A stretch of 54,942 nucleotides of DNA from Patescibacteria group bacterium (GTDB taxonomy: Bacteria; Patescibacteriota; UBA1384; UBA12157; JAENIV01). Below the pieces are notes generated by a model. The model did not search any database. It was not told the DNA's origin and saw only the letters and a program-made list of their open reading frames with translations. Of this stretch, positions 46,386 to 53,777 are shown piece after piece. The position numbers and the translations under genes were made by a program. The stretch covers positions 1 to 54,942 of the forward strand of contig JAMCZU010000006.1 of assembly GCA_023485405.1 (NCBI GenBank). The letters run 5' to 3'. The stretch's first letter is position 1. The number at the start of each line of letters is the position of its first letter.

Positions 46386-46414
46386 TTGATTTCCCTCTCT
46401 TTTTTTAGTATACT
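46386..46414 (+). promoter_or_regulatory. Sigma70-type promoter
   Basis: TTGATT, 17 nt, TATACT. Confidence 0.55.
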
Positions 46415-46447
46415 TACCTATGACTTTTAGACTTGGAGGTGAGTGAT

Positions 46448-46975
46448 TTGACAATAAAGTTTTCCACCGAAAGTAAAGTGTTTGAAAAGGTCATTATTGG
46501 TATTTTGCAGCAATCTGGTTACCGTTTAGTCAAAGATTGGAAAAAAATCGGGCCACAGAAAAAAGGAATTAAGCGATCAGCTCAGTACCAGGATTGCATT
46601 CTAAAGGTTGATTTCTGGCTTCACTTTCCAATATCATCCGATACTTCCATTTGGCTTCCGATTCAACTGACTGGTTGTCCGCAGAGCAAAGAAAATCTTA
46701 GGCGAAGAATAGAACGCAAGCAAAGACAACTGGATTGTCTGCACGAATCGAAGCATTCTGTTATCTTTGTTGCATTGAATCAAAAACGAGCAAAGGAGGC
46801 TTTGGAAGGAAATATTAAGCAAGAGCTTAAGTTAGTCGTTGAGGAATTTGAAAGTGCTGTTCGGGAGCAATTGACGAAGCCAGACTTGCTGACAATATCG
46901 GAAGGTTTTCGACTCGACACTCATTATACAAAAACTCGCCAAGCGGCGAAAAAGCGAGATCAAACTGCCAGTTGA
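46448..46975 (+). CDS. Hypothetical protein (about 175 aa), GC-richer orphan
   Basis: GGAGG lies 8 nt before the TTG at 46448 (alternative starts at 46433 and 46439). Own terminator. Confidence 0.5.
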   Translation: MTIKFSTESKVFEKVIIGILQQSGYRLVKDWKKIGPQKKGIKRSAQYQDCILKVDFWLHFPISSDTSIWLPIQLTGCPQSKENLRRRIERKQRQLDCLHESKHSVIFVALNQKRAKEALEGNIKQELKLVVEEFESAVREQLTKPDLLTISEGFRLDTHYTKTRQAAKKRDQTAS

Positions 46976-46990
46976 ATATTGGCAGTTTTT
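46964..46990 (+). terminator. Rho-independent terminator (stop codon in loop)
   Basis: actgcca-gttgaatat-tggcagt followed by tttt. Confidence 0.7.
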
Positions 46991-47065
46991 AATAAAAATA
47001 GGATATAACCCAATCCTGAGGTGGAGTATATTTATAACTCTTATTAATTTTTTAAATGTTTTATT

Positions 47066-47116
47066 AAAAACAGGCCTAAAATATTAAGTTGAATTTAATA
47101 TCTCAAGCCTGTTTTT
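47066..47116. repeat. Repeated bidirectional terminator-like hairpin, copy 1 (aaaaacaggc...gcctgttttt)
   Basis: About 85% identical to 48039-48090. Confidence 0.7.
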
Positions 47117-47146
47117 GTGTTGAAAACACCACCAATTTGGTGGTGT

Positions 47147-47218
47147 TGGTGGTCAATCGTCGAGGATGTTCGAACTGCAATTATGAATTACGAGGGAGAA
47201 ATTAAGATTCCAAAATTA
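47147..47218 (+). repeat. 72-bp direct repeat, copy B
   Basis: See copy A. Preceded by hairpin caccacca-attt-tggtggtg. Confidence 0.8.
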
Positions 47219-47229
47219 TCATCTACCGA

Positions 47230-47258
47230 TTGCCAATCTAGTGAATTATTGCTATAAT
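47230..47258 (+). promoter_or_regulatory. Sigma70-type promoter
   Basis: TTGCCA, 17 nt, TATAAT. Confidence 0.6.
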
Positions 47259-47285
47259 ATAACTGTAATTAAAAAAGGAGCATTT

Positions 47286-47969
47286 ATGAATCAAAATCAA
47301 CCGGTTTCATCCAATCCTCAAGGTAGTTCGCTTAAATGGCTGCTGATAATTTTAGCGGTAGTCGTAATTTTAGGTGGTGGTTATTTGCTGTATGCAAAGT
47401 ATGGTAAAAAATCATCTACAGCTACCACTACAACCAGTCCTACGACAAAAACGTCAAATCCGGCAACGACAACAACGCCAACCACCACCACAGATAAAAC
47501 AGCAACTTGGAAAGCTTACACGAGCTCATTAGGAGGTTATACTGTTAAGTATCCCACCACTTGGGTTTACGGCAAAGATTCGGCTACCGACGCTCAAACT
47601 GCTGGTTATATTTCTCAAGCGATTTGGTACAAGGATCAAGCACAAAAGTCAGCTCAGGTTGGTCAAGAATTTCAAGTTGATATTACGACGAACAACACTA
47701 CTAAGACATTGGACCAGGAAGTTCAAGCACGTAAAACGGCTATTACCAGCGAAGACCCATCTTTCACATTTGCATCTACAAAATCAACAATTGGAACCCA
47801 TAGTGTTGCTACATTAGAGGTTACAGATAAGAATGGTAAAAATAATGGTTTTTCATATATTTTCATTGAGAAAGGTAAAATATTTCAAATTAGTGTCGGC
47901 TTATTAGCAGAAGCATCTACGAAAACTGAAACTGTTAAAACGATGATCGAAACAATTACTCTACAATAA
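47286..47969 (+). CDS. Hypothetical exported/anchored protein with Thr/Pro-rich linker
   Basis: AAGGAG lies 7 nt before the ATG at 47286. N-terminal TM, then the TTTTSPTTKTSNPATTTTPTTTT linker. Confidence 0.55.
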   Translation: MNQNQPVSSNPQGSSLKWLLIILAVVVILGGGYLLYAKYGKKSSTATTTTSPTTKTSNPATTTTPTTTTDKTATWKAYTSSLGGYTVKYPTTWVYGKDSATDAQTAGYISQAIWYKDQAQKSAQVGQEFQVDITTNNTTKTLDQEVQARKTAITSEDPSFTFASTKSTIGTHSVATLEVTDKNGKNNGFSYIFIEKGKIFQISVGLLAEASTKTETVKTMIETITLQ

Positions 47970-48038
47970 TCTCTTCAATCACAAAATAAGCAAAAGGCCG
48001 TCTTAATAGGCGGTTTTTTGTTGTGTAAAATCGTAACT

Positions 48039-48090
48039 AAAAACAGGCGTGAAATATTAAGCAAAATTTAGTACTTCAAGCCTGTTTTTT
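48039..48090. repeat. Repeated bidirectional terminator-like hairpin, copy 2
   Basis: Lies between convergent CDS 47286-47969 and tRNA-Asp. Confidence 0.7.
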
Positions 48091-48092
48091 CT

Positions 48093-48170
48093 TGGCGGGC
48101 CCGACCGGATTCGAACCGGCGATCTTCGCCGTGACAGGGCGACGCGATTAAACCACTACGCTACGGGCCC
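48093..48170 (-). tRNA. tRNA-Asp (anticodon GTC), CCA encoded
   Basis: The reverse complement reads GGGCCCGTAGCGTAGTGGTTTAATCGCGTCGCCCTGTCACGGCGAAGATCGCCGGTTCGAATCCGGTCGGGCCCGCCA. Confidence 0.9.
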
Positions 48171-48866
48171 AAACCTTTTTATGTTCTCTTTAAATTTTAA
48201 ATGTTTTCTTACAATATACAATGATTTTTCACAATCCTTATATATGAATTTAAATAATTTATTACTATCCTTCGAGGCATAAGCTAACCTATAGCCTAAA
48301 TGAAAACATAATGTTCCCAATGTTAATTGTGCATTCTTTTGTAAAATTAATTGTAATTCTTGTAAAAAATCTTTACTTCCTGAAGTAAAACCGCTTAAAA
48401 GCGCTTTGCCTAAAGACGGACGATTTTTTCTTTTAAAATGGCAAAAATTACTATGTCCATCACCATCAAAATATCCTCGTACAAAATGGGATAAAAATTT
48501 TGCTGGAACTGTTAGAAATTGCATAACATTACTTTTATTGGGCATGAAACCTATTCTGACAAGATCCTGAAATATTTTCTTGCTACCTATTTGTAATCGG
48601 TATGCATCTTTACAATTAACTTTTCCTATTCTTAGTCCAATCTTGTGATTTGACTTAAGGCATTTTTTAATGTTCTCTATGATTTCTTTATCAGTAGAAA
48701 CAAATTCAATATATTTATTATTTCTTTTACTGTTGATGGTTAGACAGCCATCGGCGGCGAAAAATCCCAAGATATAAGCCATATTTGGCGACCACTTGGT
48801 GAAGAATTCTTCATCTACATAACAAATATTACTCTTCTTTTTAGACCAAACTTCTCGTTCGTCCAC
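48156..48866 (-). CDS. LAGLIDADG homing endonuclease (double-motif), free-standing
   Basis: YILGFFAADGCL and VRGYFDGDGHS. The last 5 codons overlap the 5' end of tRNA-Asp. Confidence 0.8.
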   Translation of the reverse strand: MDEREVWSKKKSNICYVDEEFFTKWSPNMAYILGFFAADGCLTINSKRNNKYIEFVSTDKEIIENIKKCLKSNHKIGLRIGKVNCKDAYRLQIGSKKIFQDLVRIGFMPNKSNVMQFLTVPAKFLSHFVRGYFDGDGHSNFCHFKRKNRPSLGKALLSGFTSGSKDFLQELQLILQKNAQLTLGTLCFHLGYRLAYASKDSNKLFKFIYKDCEKSLYIVRKHLKFKENIKRFGPVA

Positions 48867-48980
48867 TTTCCCTACCTTACCTTATAATTATATCTGATTT
48901 TTTGGTGAATTTCAACTGCTGTTTGAAAAGAAAATAATATTGTTCTATACTTAAAATAAGCTTAAAAAATTGGAGGGTTT

Positions 48981-50711
48981 ATGAAGAAAAAAACACAAAA
49001 TGTTCTCATTGAGCTTTTATTAGTCTTTTTTATGTTGGCTAATCTTTTGGTTTTTTCGACCGCTTACGGATTTTATGGGGTTAACAATTTGTCTATCACT
49101 CGAATCATGCCGGCTCAGCGAAATTTGGCTGATCAGCGAATGAAGGCGGCGGGGATTGGCTGGGCTAGAGAAGAATTTAATTGGGGATTGATTGAGCCGA
49201 GAAATAACCGTTGGAGTTGGGCAAATCCCGATCAGGCCATGGCCACACATCGTCGCAATGGTGTTCAAGTTGTTGGTATGTTGGCCTATACTGCATCATG
49301 GGCTTCAAGTTGTGGTGGTGCTAACGCTCAATTTTGTAAGCCTAATATTAATGAGTGGAAAGACTATGTTGGCGCGGTGGCCCGTCGTTATGGCGATGTT
49401 ACTAACTGGGAGATTTGGAATGAACCAAACGCTTTTTGGCGGCCCAGTCCTAATCCGGATGAATACCGAGAAATTTTAGTCGCAGCTTACGATACGATAA
49501 AATCAATTAACCCTTCAGCCAAAGTAGCGAGCGGTGGCACAACTTATATTGATAATGATTTCATCAATAGCGTTTTAAATAATGGTGGTTGGGAACATCT
49601 TGATGCAGTGGCGGTCCACTACTATCCTGGAGCTGGGCCAGAATCGGTTCCCGGCAATCGTTTAAGAGAAGAGCTATTGAATCTTGAGAACAATACCATT
49701 GCACCTCACGGTGGTCCAAAAGAAATTTGGGTGACAGAGATGGGTTGGCAATCAAGTCAGATTGGACTAACAGCTCAAGCGGAAGTACTTTCCAGAGCGC
49801 TGATTATTGCCCGGACGGTCAATGAAGCACCTAAAATTTTAATTTATAATCTGCGTGATGATCCGACAGGTACTTATGGTTTGGTGGATAGAAGTTTTCG
49901 GCCAAAAACCGCTTATAATTATTATAAAAAAACCGTTGAGTTTTTGGGCAACAAATGGCCAGCGCAATTAATTGATTTAGACGATGGTTCAAAGTTTTAT
50001 GTTTTCGATGGACCGGGTGGGCCAATGGCGGCAGCCTGGAATCCTGACGGCACGCGGGTCAAAGGCTTTCATATTAATTCTTCCAGTATCCGTTGTTACG
50101 ATATTACGGGGCAATCTACTACTACCACAAGAAGTAAAACAGGTACGGTTACTAACAACCGAAATATTGATGTTACTTCGAGTGTAGTTAAAAGTTGGAA
50201 TAATGGTGATGTCACTTTAGAATTTAAATCGCGGCCAATTTTTTGCCAGCTAAGCAATTTCTCCGCTTTAAACACGGTGCCTTCAAGTAACCTGCCTCAA
50301 GTGGCGGGAGCAAGTATTAAAGCTCAAGTGGCGGGAGTAACAAGTGTAGATGTGGCCACTCAAAATAATTCTCTGTCCAAAATTACCGGTAGTATTCAGA
50401 ATGAATTTTCGGGCGCGATGGATGCAAAAGTCATTGCTTACAAAGAGAACGGTTCGACTTGGCAAAAACAAAGTGAAACTTCGACCAATGGTGGCTCATA
50501 TAGTTTAGATCTACCGGAGGGAAAATATTATCTTGCTTATAAAATGCCTGGGTTGCTAACCAGTCGAACGGAGCCTTTTGAGGTTAAAGGCGATTCTGAT
50601 ATTAGTCTAGAAACAAGGCTTTTGAGTAGTTGGGTGGCTTATAGTATTTTATTGGGTGGTGTTGTGATTTTAATTTTGTTTATTTTGAAATATACTCGTC
50701 GAAAAACCTAA
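48981..50711 (+). CDS. Clan GH-A glycoside hydrolase (GH5/GH39-like) with C-terminal beta-sandwich region and TM anchor
   Basis: WEIWNEPN (acid/base Glu) and WVTEMGW (nucleophile Glu). N-terminal signal/TM and C-terminal TM. Confidence 0.65.
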   Translation: MKKKTQNVLIELLLVFFMLANLLVFSTAYGFYGVNNLSITRIMPAQRNLADQRMKAAGIGWAREEFNWGLIEPRNNRWSWANPDQAMATHRRNGVQVVGMLAYTASWASSCGGANAQFCKPNINEWKDYVGAVARRYGDVTNWEIWNEPNAFWRPSPNPDEYREILVAAYDTIKSINPSAKVASGGTTYIDNDFINSVLNNGGWEHLDAVAVHYYPGAGPESVPGNRLREELLNLENNTIAPHGGPKEIWVTEMGWQSSQIGLTAQAEVLSRALIIARTVNEAPKILIYNLRDDPTGTYGLVDRSFRPKTAYNYYKKTVEFLGNKWPAQLIDLDDGSKFYVFDGPGGPMAAAWNPDGTRVKGFHINSSSIRCYDITGQSTTTTRSKTGTVTNNRNIDVTSSVVKSWNNGDVTLEFKSRPIFCQLSNFSALNTVPSSNLPQVAGASIKAQVAGVTSVDVATQNNSLSKITGSIQNEFSGAMDAKVIAYKENGSTWQKQSETSTNGGSYSLDLPEGKYYLAYKMPGLLTSRTEPFEVKGDSDISLETRLLSSWVAYSILLGGVVILILFILKYTRRKT

Positions 50712-50745
50712 ATTTTTGTTCTCAAATCTTTTAATTTCAGGGGTG

Positions 50746-50925
50746 TTAACCAAAATGTCCACCTCGTAGGTGGACAACAGGTTTAGGAATGTAAAGAACT
50801 ATTGACAAAAAGGTTATTTTAAGGTGTAATAACATGTAATATTGAGTAGTTTAACAATTTTTCCTTGGAGCTTATTTGGTCGGGAAAATAGTCAGTTTAT
50901 CCTGATTAGATAAGCTCTAAGGAGC
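50746..50925 (+). repeat. 180-bp cassette 5' module, copy 2
   Basis: Near-identical to 15919-16098. Confidence 0.9.
50802..50830 (+). promoter_or_regulatory. Sigma70 promoter (copy of the DGR-target promoter)
   Basis: TTGACA, 17 nt, TGTAAT. Confidence 0.6.
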
Positions 50926-50976
50926 TATAAGATCGCGAAAATCCCTGAATCCTGAGTTTATCGAAGGACAGGTGCG

Positions 50977-51687
50977 ATGAAGAAAGGACTGACCATGTCG
51001 GAAGATATGCTCAGCAAGACGCTAGTCCGAGAGCTACCCGGACTGATGCGCGACTTCATGAAGAAAGTGCTCGGCGACAACGGACAAGAATGGATAGAGG
51101 CCTTCAAGAGGTTCTTGAAGAAGCAGAACCCTTGGTCCGATGCATCTTCGTCCAAACCAGCTAAGAAGCGTCTCAAAGTGCTCCAGCCACTAAAAGCGGT
51201 TGCCGAGTTCTTGATGACGTTGGAATTCCGAGCTGCTGACAACTTCAGTATCACACCGCAGGATCAGAAAACAACCGCAGAAGTAGTCATTGGTTTCCTT
51301 AATGACAACTTCAAGAACGCGTTTCTTGCGAACGGCGGAAAGGTCGAGACCAGCATCTTTGACTCCAAGCTTCGGCCTTATCGTCTCAAGAAGGCGTCGG
51401 TAGACGGTCCGATCATTGCTGATCTCGGCGGAGAAGAGAAGGTTGAGACCACTCTTGCCGAGATGTTCACGCTGATGAAGGCACAGGGCTGTGGACGGCG
51501 AGGCATCCTGCTAACTAATGGCTATGCCAACATCTTCTATGTAAGAGACGCTAAAGGTATACTTTGGGTGGTCTCTTGCGCTTGGTTCTCGGACGATCAG
51601 TTTTGGCTCGTTCGTGCCTATCCAATTACGGATCTGAGTACATGGAACGCTGAGCGTCAGGTGTTCTCTCGTGATTTTGGTTCTTAG
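50977..51687 (+). CDS. Paralog of the DGR target protein (236 aa), GC-rich, no TR-matching VR
   Basis: Shares the 5' module, the 3' flank and C-terminal pattern (..IF.V...KG.LW......VFSR..GS*) with CDS 16148-16816. Confidence 0.7.
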   Translation: MKKGLTMSEDMLSKTLVRELPGLMRDFMKKVLGDNGQEWIEAFKRFLKKQNPWSDASSSKPAKKRLKVLQPLKAVAEFLMTLEFRAADNFSITPQDQKTTAEVVIGFLNDNFKNAFLANGGKVETSIFDSKLRPYRLKKASVDGPIIADLGGEEKVETTLAEMFTLMKAQGCGRRGILLTNGYANIFYVRDAKGILWVVSCAWFSDDQFWLVRAYPITDLSTWNAERQVFSRDFGS

Positions 51688-51704
51688 TTTCTTTGGTCTT
51701 GTCT

Positions 51705-51726
51705 GGGCCCCGCATGAGCGGGGTCC
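51705..51726 (+). terminator. GC hairpin terminator (copy of 16858-16879) followed by T-rich tract
   Basis: gggccccgc-atga-gcggggtcc followed by aattttgttttgtttt. Confidence 0.7.
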
Positions 51727-51794
51727 AATTTTGTTTTGTTTTATCTTCCAATTTCAGGGGAAATTTGCTAAAATTAATGCAGAATGGGGAAAAT

Positions 51795-51866
51795 GCGGGA
51801 GTAGTTCATCGGTAGAACGTCTCCTTCCCAAGGAGAAGGCAGCGGGTTCAATTCCCGTTTCCCGCT
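51795..51866 (+). tRNA. tRNA-Gly (anticodon CCC), no encoded CCA
   Basis: Acceptor GCGGGAG/TTCCCGC. Anticodon stem TCTCC/GGAGA with loop TTCCCAA. GGTTCAATTCC. Confidence 0.85.
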
Positions 51867-51868
51867 TA

Positions 51869-51943
51869 GCCGGAGTAACTCAGGGGTAGAGTAGCTGTTT
51901 CGTAAATAGCAAGTCGCGGGTTCGAATCCCGCCTCCGGCTCCA
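51869..51943 (+). tRNA. tRNA-Thr (anticodon CGT), CCA encoded
   Basis: Acceptor GCCGGAG/CTCCGGC. Anticodon stem GCTGT/ATAGC with loop TTCGTAA. GGTTCGAATCC. Confidence 0.85.
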
Positions 51944-51951
51944 TTAAAAAT

Positions 51952-52269
51952 ATGAAAAAAATTTATCTTATTTTAAAAGAAATAATTAGAGATTTTATTT
52001 TTAATTCTTTCTGGAAATCGTGGCCAGCGTTATTAATTATAGCTTCATCGTTGATTTTAAATGGTATTTTGTGGTATATTTTCCTTTCGAAAATTAAAGT
52101 TAATTTTATCCCCTTTATCTTTGCTTCCGGTTTGATTTTTTTGAATCTAATTCTTGGCAATTACCTGTGGGAAAAAGAAAAAATTGCGAGTTTCTTTCTT
52201 ATTTCAGTTGGGCTTTTTGTTCAAGTTTTAATGTTAGTTTTTATTCGTTTTTTAATGTTGGTTTTTTAA
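51952..52269 (+). CDS. Hypothetical small membrane protein
   Basis: Three hydrophobic segments. Confidence 0.45.
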   Translation: MKKIYLILKEIIRDFIFNSFWKSWPALLIIASSLILNGILWYIFLSKIKVNFIPFIFASGLIFLNLILGNYLWEKEKIASFFLISVGLFVQVLMLVFIRFLMLVF

Positions 52270-52272
52270 AAT

Positions 52273-53769
52273 ATGAAGAAAAGAAAATTCATTCGCTTTT
52301 TAGAAATTGTTCCGGGTGCTGTCACTTGGTCAGCGTTGGTTTTACCAATTATTTTTTCCTTTTTTTGGCCGGCAGCAGTCGCCACTTTTGTCATTACTTT
52401 TGACCTGTATTGGCTTTATAAATCAATTTTAATGGGCTATCATTTAGTTTCCGGTTACTACAATTTAAAACGGGATTTAAAAGTTGATTGGCAAGAAAAA
52501 TGTCAGAATGTTCCTAAGGATAATCTTAATTTAGATTGCCGAAAAATTTATCAAGCAGTAATTTTCGCCACTTATAAAGAAGAAATTGATACTCTGGTAC
52601 CGTCTTTTCAAGCTCTAGTTGATTCAGATTTTCCTCAAAATCGAATCATTGTTGTTTTAGCCACTGAAAAACGTGATTTTCAGAGAGCTAGAGAAAATGC
52701 CGAAATTTTGAAAACTAAATTTGGTGATAATTTTTTTAAGTTTTTAGTGACTATCCATCCTGATATTCCGGGTGAAGTCAAAGCTAAAGGAGCTAACGTT
52801 AAGTGGGCAGCCAAAGCTTTACAAAAATTTGTTGAAAGTAAAAATATTCCGCTTGAAGATATTGTGGTGACAACTTGCGATGCCGATTCGCGCTTGCATC
52901 GTAAATATTTGTCCTGCCTTACTTATAAATATGTTACTAATCCTAATCGTGAGCATCGTAGCTTTCAACCAATTCCATTATATTCAAATAATATTTGGCA
53001 AGCGCCGGGTTTTTCACGAGTCATTGCTTTCGGCAATTCTTTTTGGCAGCTGATTGAAGCCACTCGTCCGTGGCGATTAATAAATTTTTCAACTCACGCC
53101 ATGAGTCTTAAAACTTTAGTGGAAATTGATTTTTGGGACACATCGGTGGTTAACGAAGATTCGCGTCAGTTTTGGCGAGCTTATTTTCGCTTTGAGGGTG
53201 ATCATGAAGTTGTGCCTTTATTTGTTCCAGTTTATATGGATGCGGTACTTGCTGGAAATTTTTGGCAAACTTTTAGAAATCAATATTTGCAAAAAAAACG
53301 TTGGTATTATGGTGTGGAACATTTTCCTTATGTCGTAACAGAATCTTTGAAATCTAAAAAAATTCCGCTTCTCGATCGTTTAATTAAAAATTATCGTTTA
53401 TTTGAAGCTAACTATTCACTAGCAACTTCTTCTATTTATATTGCAGTGGTTGCATGGTTGCCCTTACTTTTTGGGCCAGGTTTTCAAGACACAGTACTGG
53501 CTCAAAATTTGCCAACAGTTATTAAAATTTTAGCTGGTCTGACTTGGATTGGACTACTGACTTCAATGGCTATTTCAATTCTTCTTTTACCGCCAATGCC
53601 ATCCGGTTATCGGCGTCATCGGTTTCTAAGTATGATTTATCAATGGATTTTGATTCCTTTTACGGCAATTTTATTTTCGTCACTTCCGGCGATTGATGCT
53701 CAAACACGTTTTATGCTGGGGAAATATATGACTTTTTATGTGACTGAAAAAAAAGCGGTGACGCAGTAA
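52273..53769 (+). CDS. Membrane-embedded family 2 glycosyltransferase (processive synthase-like)
   Basis: TTCDADS (DxD) and QKKRW (QxxRW), flanked by N- and C-terminal TM segments. Confidence 0.65.
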   Translation: MKKRKFIRFLEIVPGAVTWSALVLPIIFSFFWPAAVATFVITFDLYWLYKSILMGYHLVSGYYNLKRDLKVDWQEKCQNVPKDNLNLDCRKIYQAVIFATYKEEIDTLVPSFQALVDSDFPQNRIIVVLATEKRDFQRARENAEILKTKFGDNFFKFLVTIHPDIPGEVKAKGANVKWAAKALQKFVESKNIPLEDIVVTTCDADSRLHRKYLSCLTYKYVTNPNREHRSFQPIPLYSNNIWQAPGFSRVIAFGNSFWQLIEATRPWRLINFSTHAMSLKTLVEIDFWDTSVVNEDSRQFWRAYFRFEGDHEVVPLFVPVYMDAVLAGNFWQTFRNQYLQKKRWYYGVEHFPYVVTESLKSKKIPLLDRLIKNYRLFEANYSLATSSIYIAVVAWLPLLFGPGFQDTVLAQNLPTVIKILAGLTWIGLLTSMAISILLLPPMPSGYRRHRFLSMIYQWILIPFTAILFSSLPAIDAQTRFMLGKYMTFYVTEKKAVTQ

Positions 53770-53777
53770 AATAAAAA

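Noticed and set aside
51480-51687. The 3' end of the paralog 50977-51687 as a second VR for this TR
   Set aside because: Aligning it by eye to TR 17196-17328 gives no extended match. Only the last gtgttc..tcg and the post-stop flank are similar, and the differences are not adenine-restricted. I treat it as a non-diversified or decayed paralog. A different TR elsewhere in the genome cannot be excluded.
51671-51889. 72-aa ORF downstream of the paralog cassette
   Set aside because: It runs through the terminator hairpin and fully overlaps tRNA-Gly and part of tRNA-Thr, so it is spurious.
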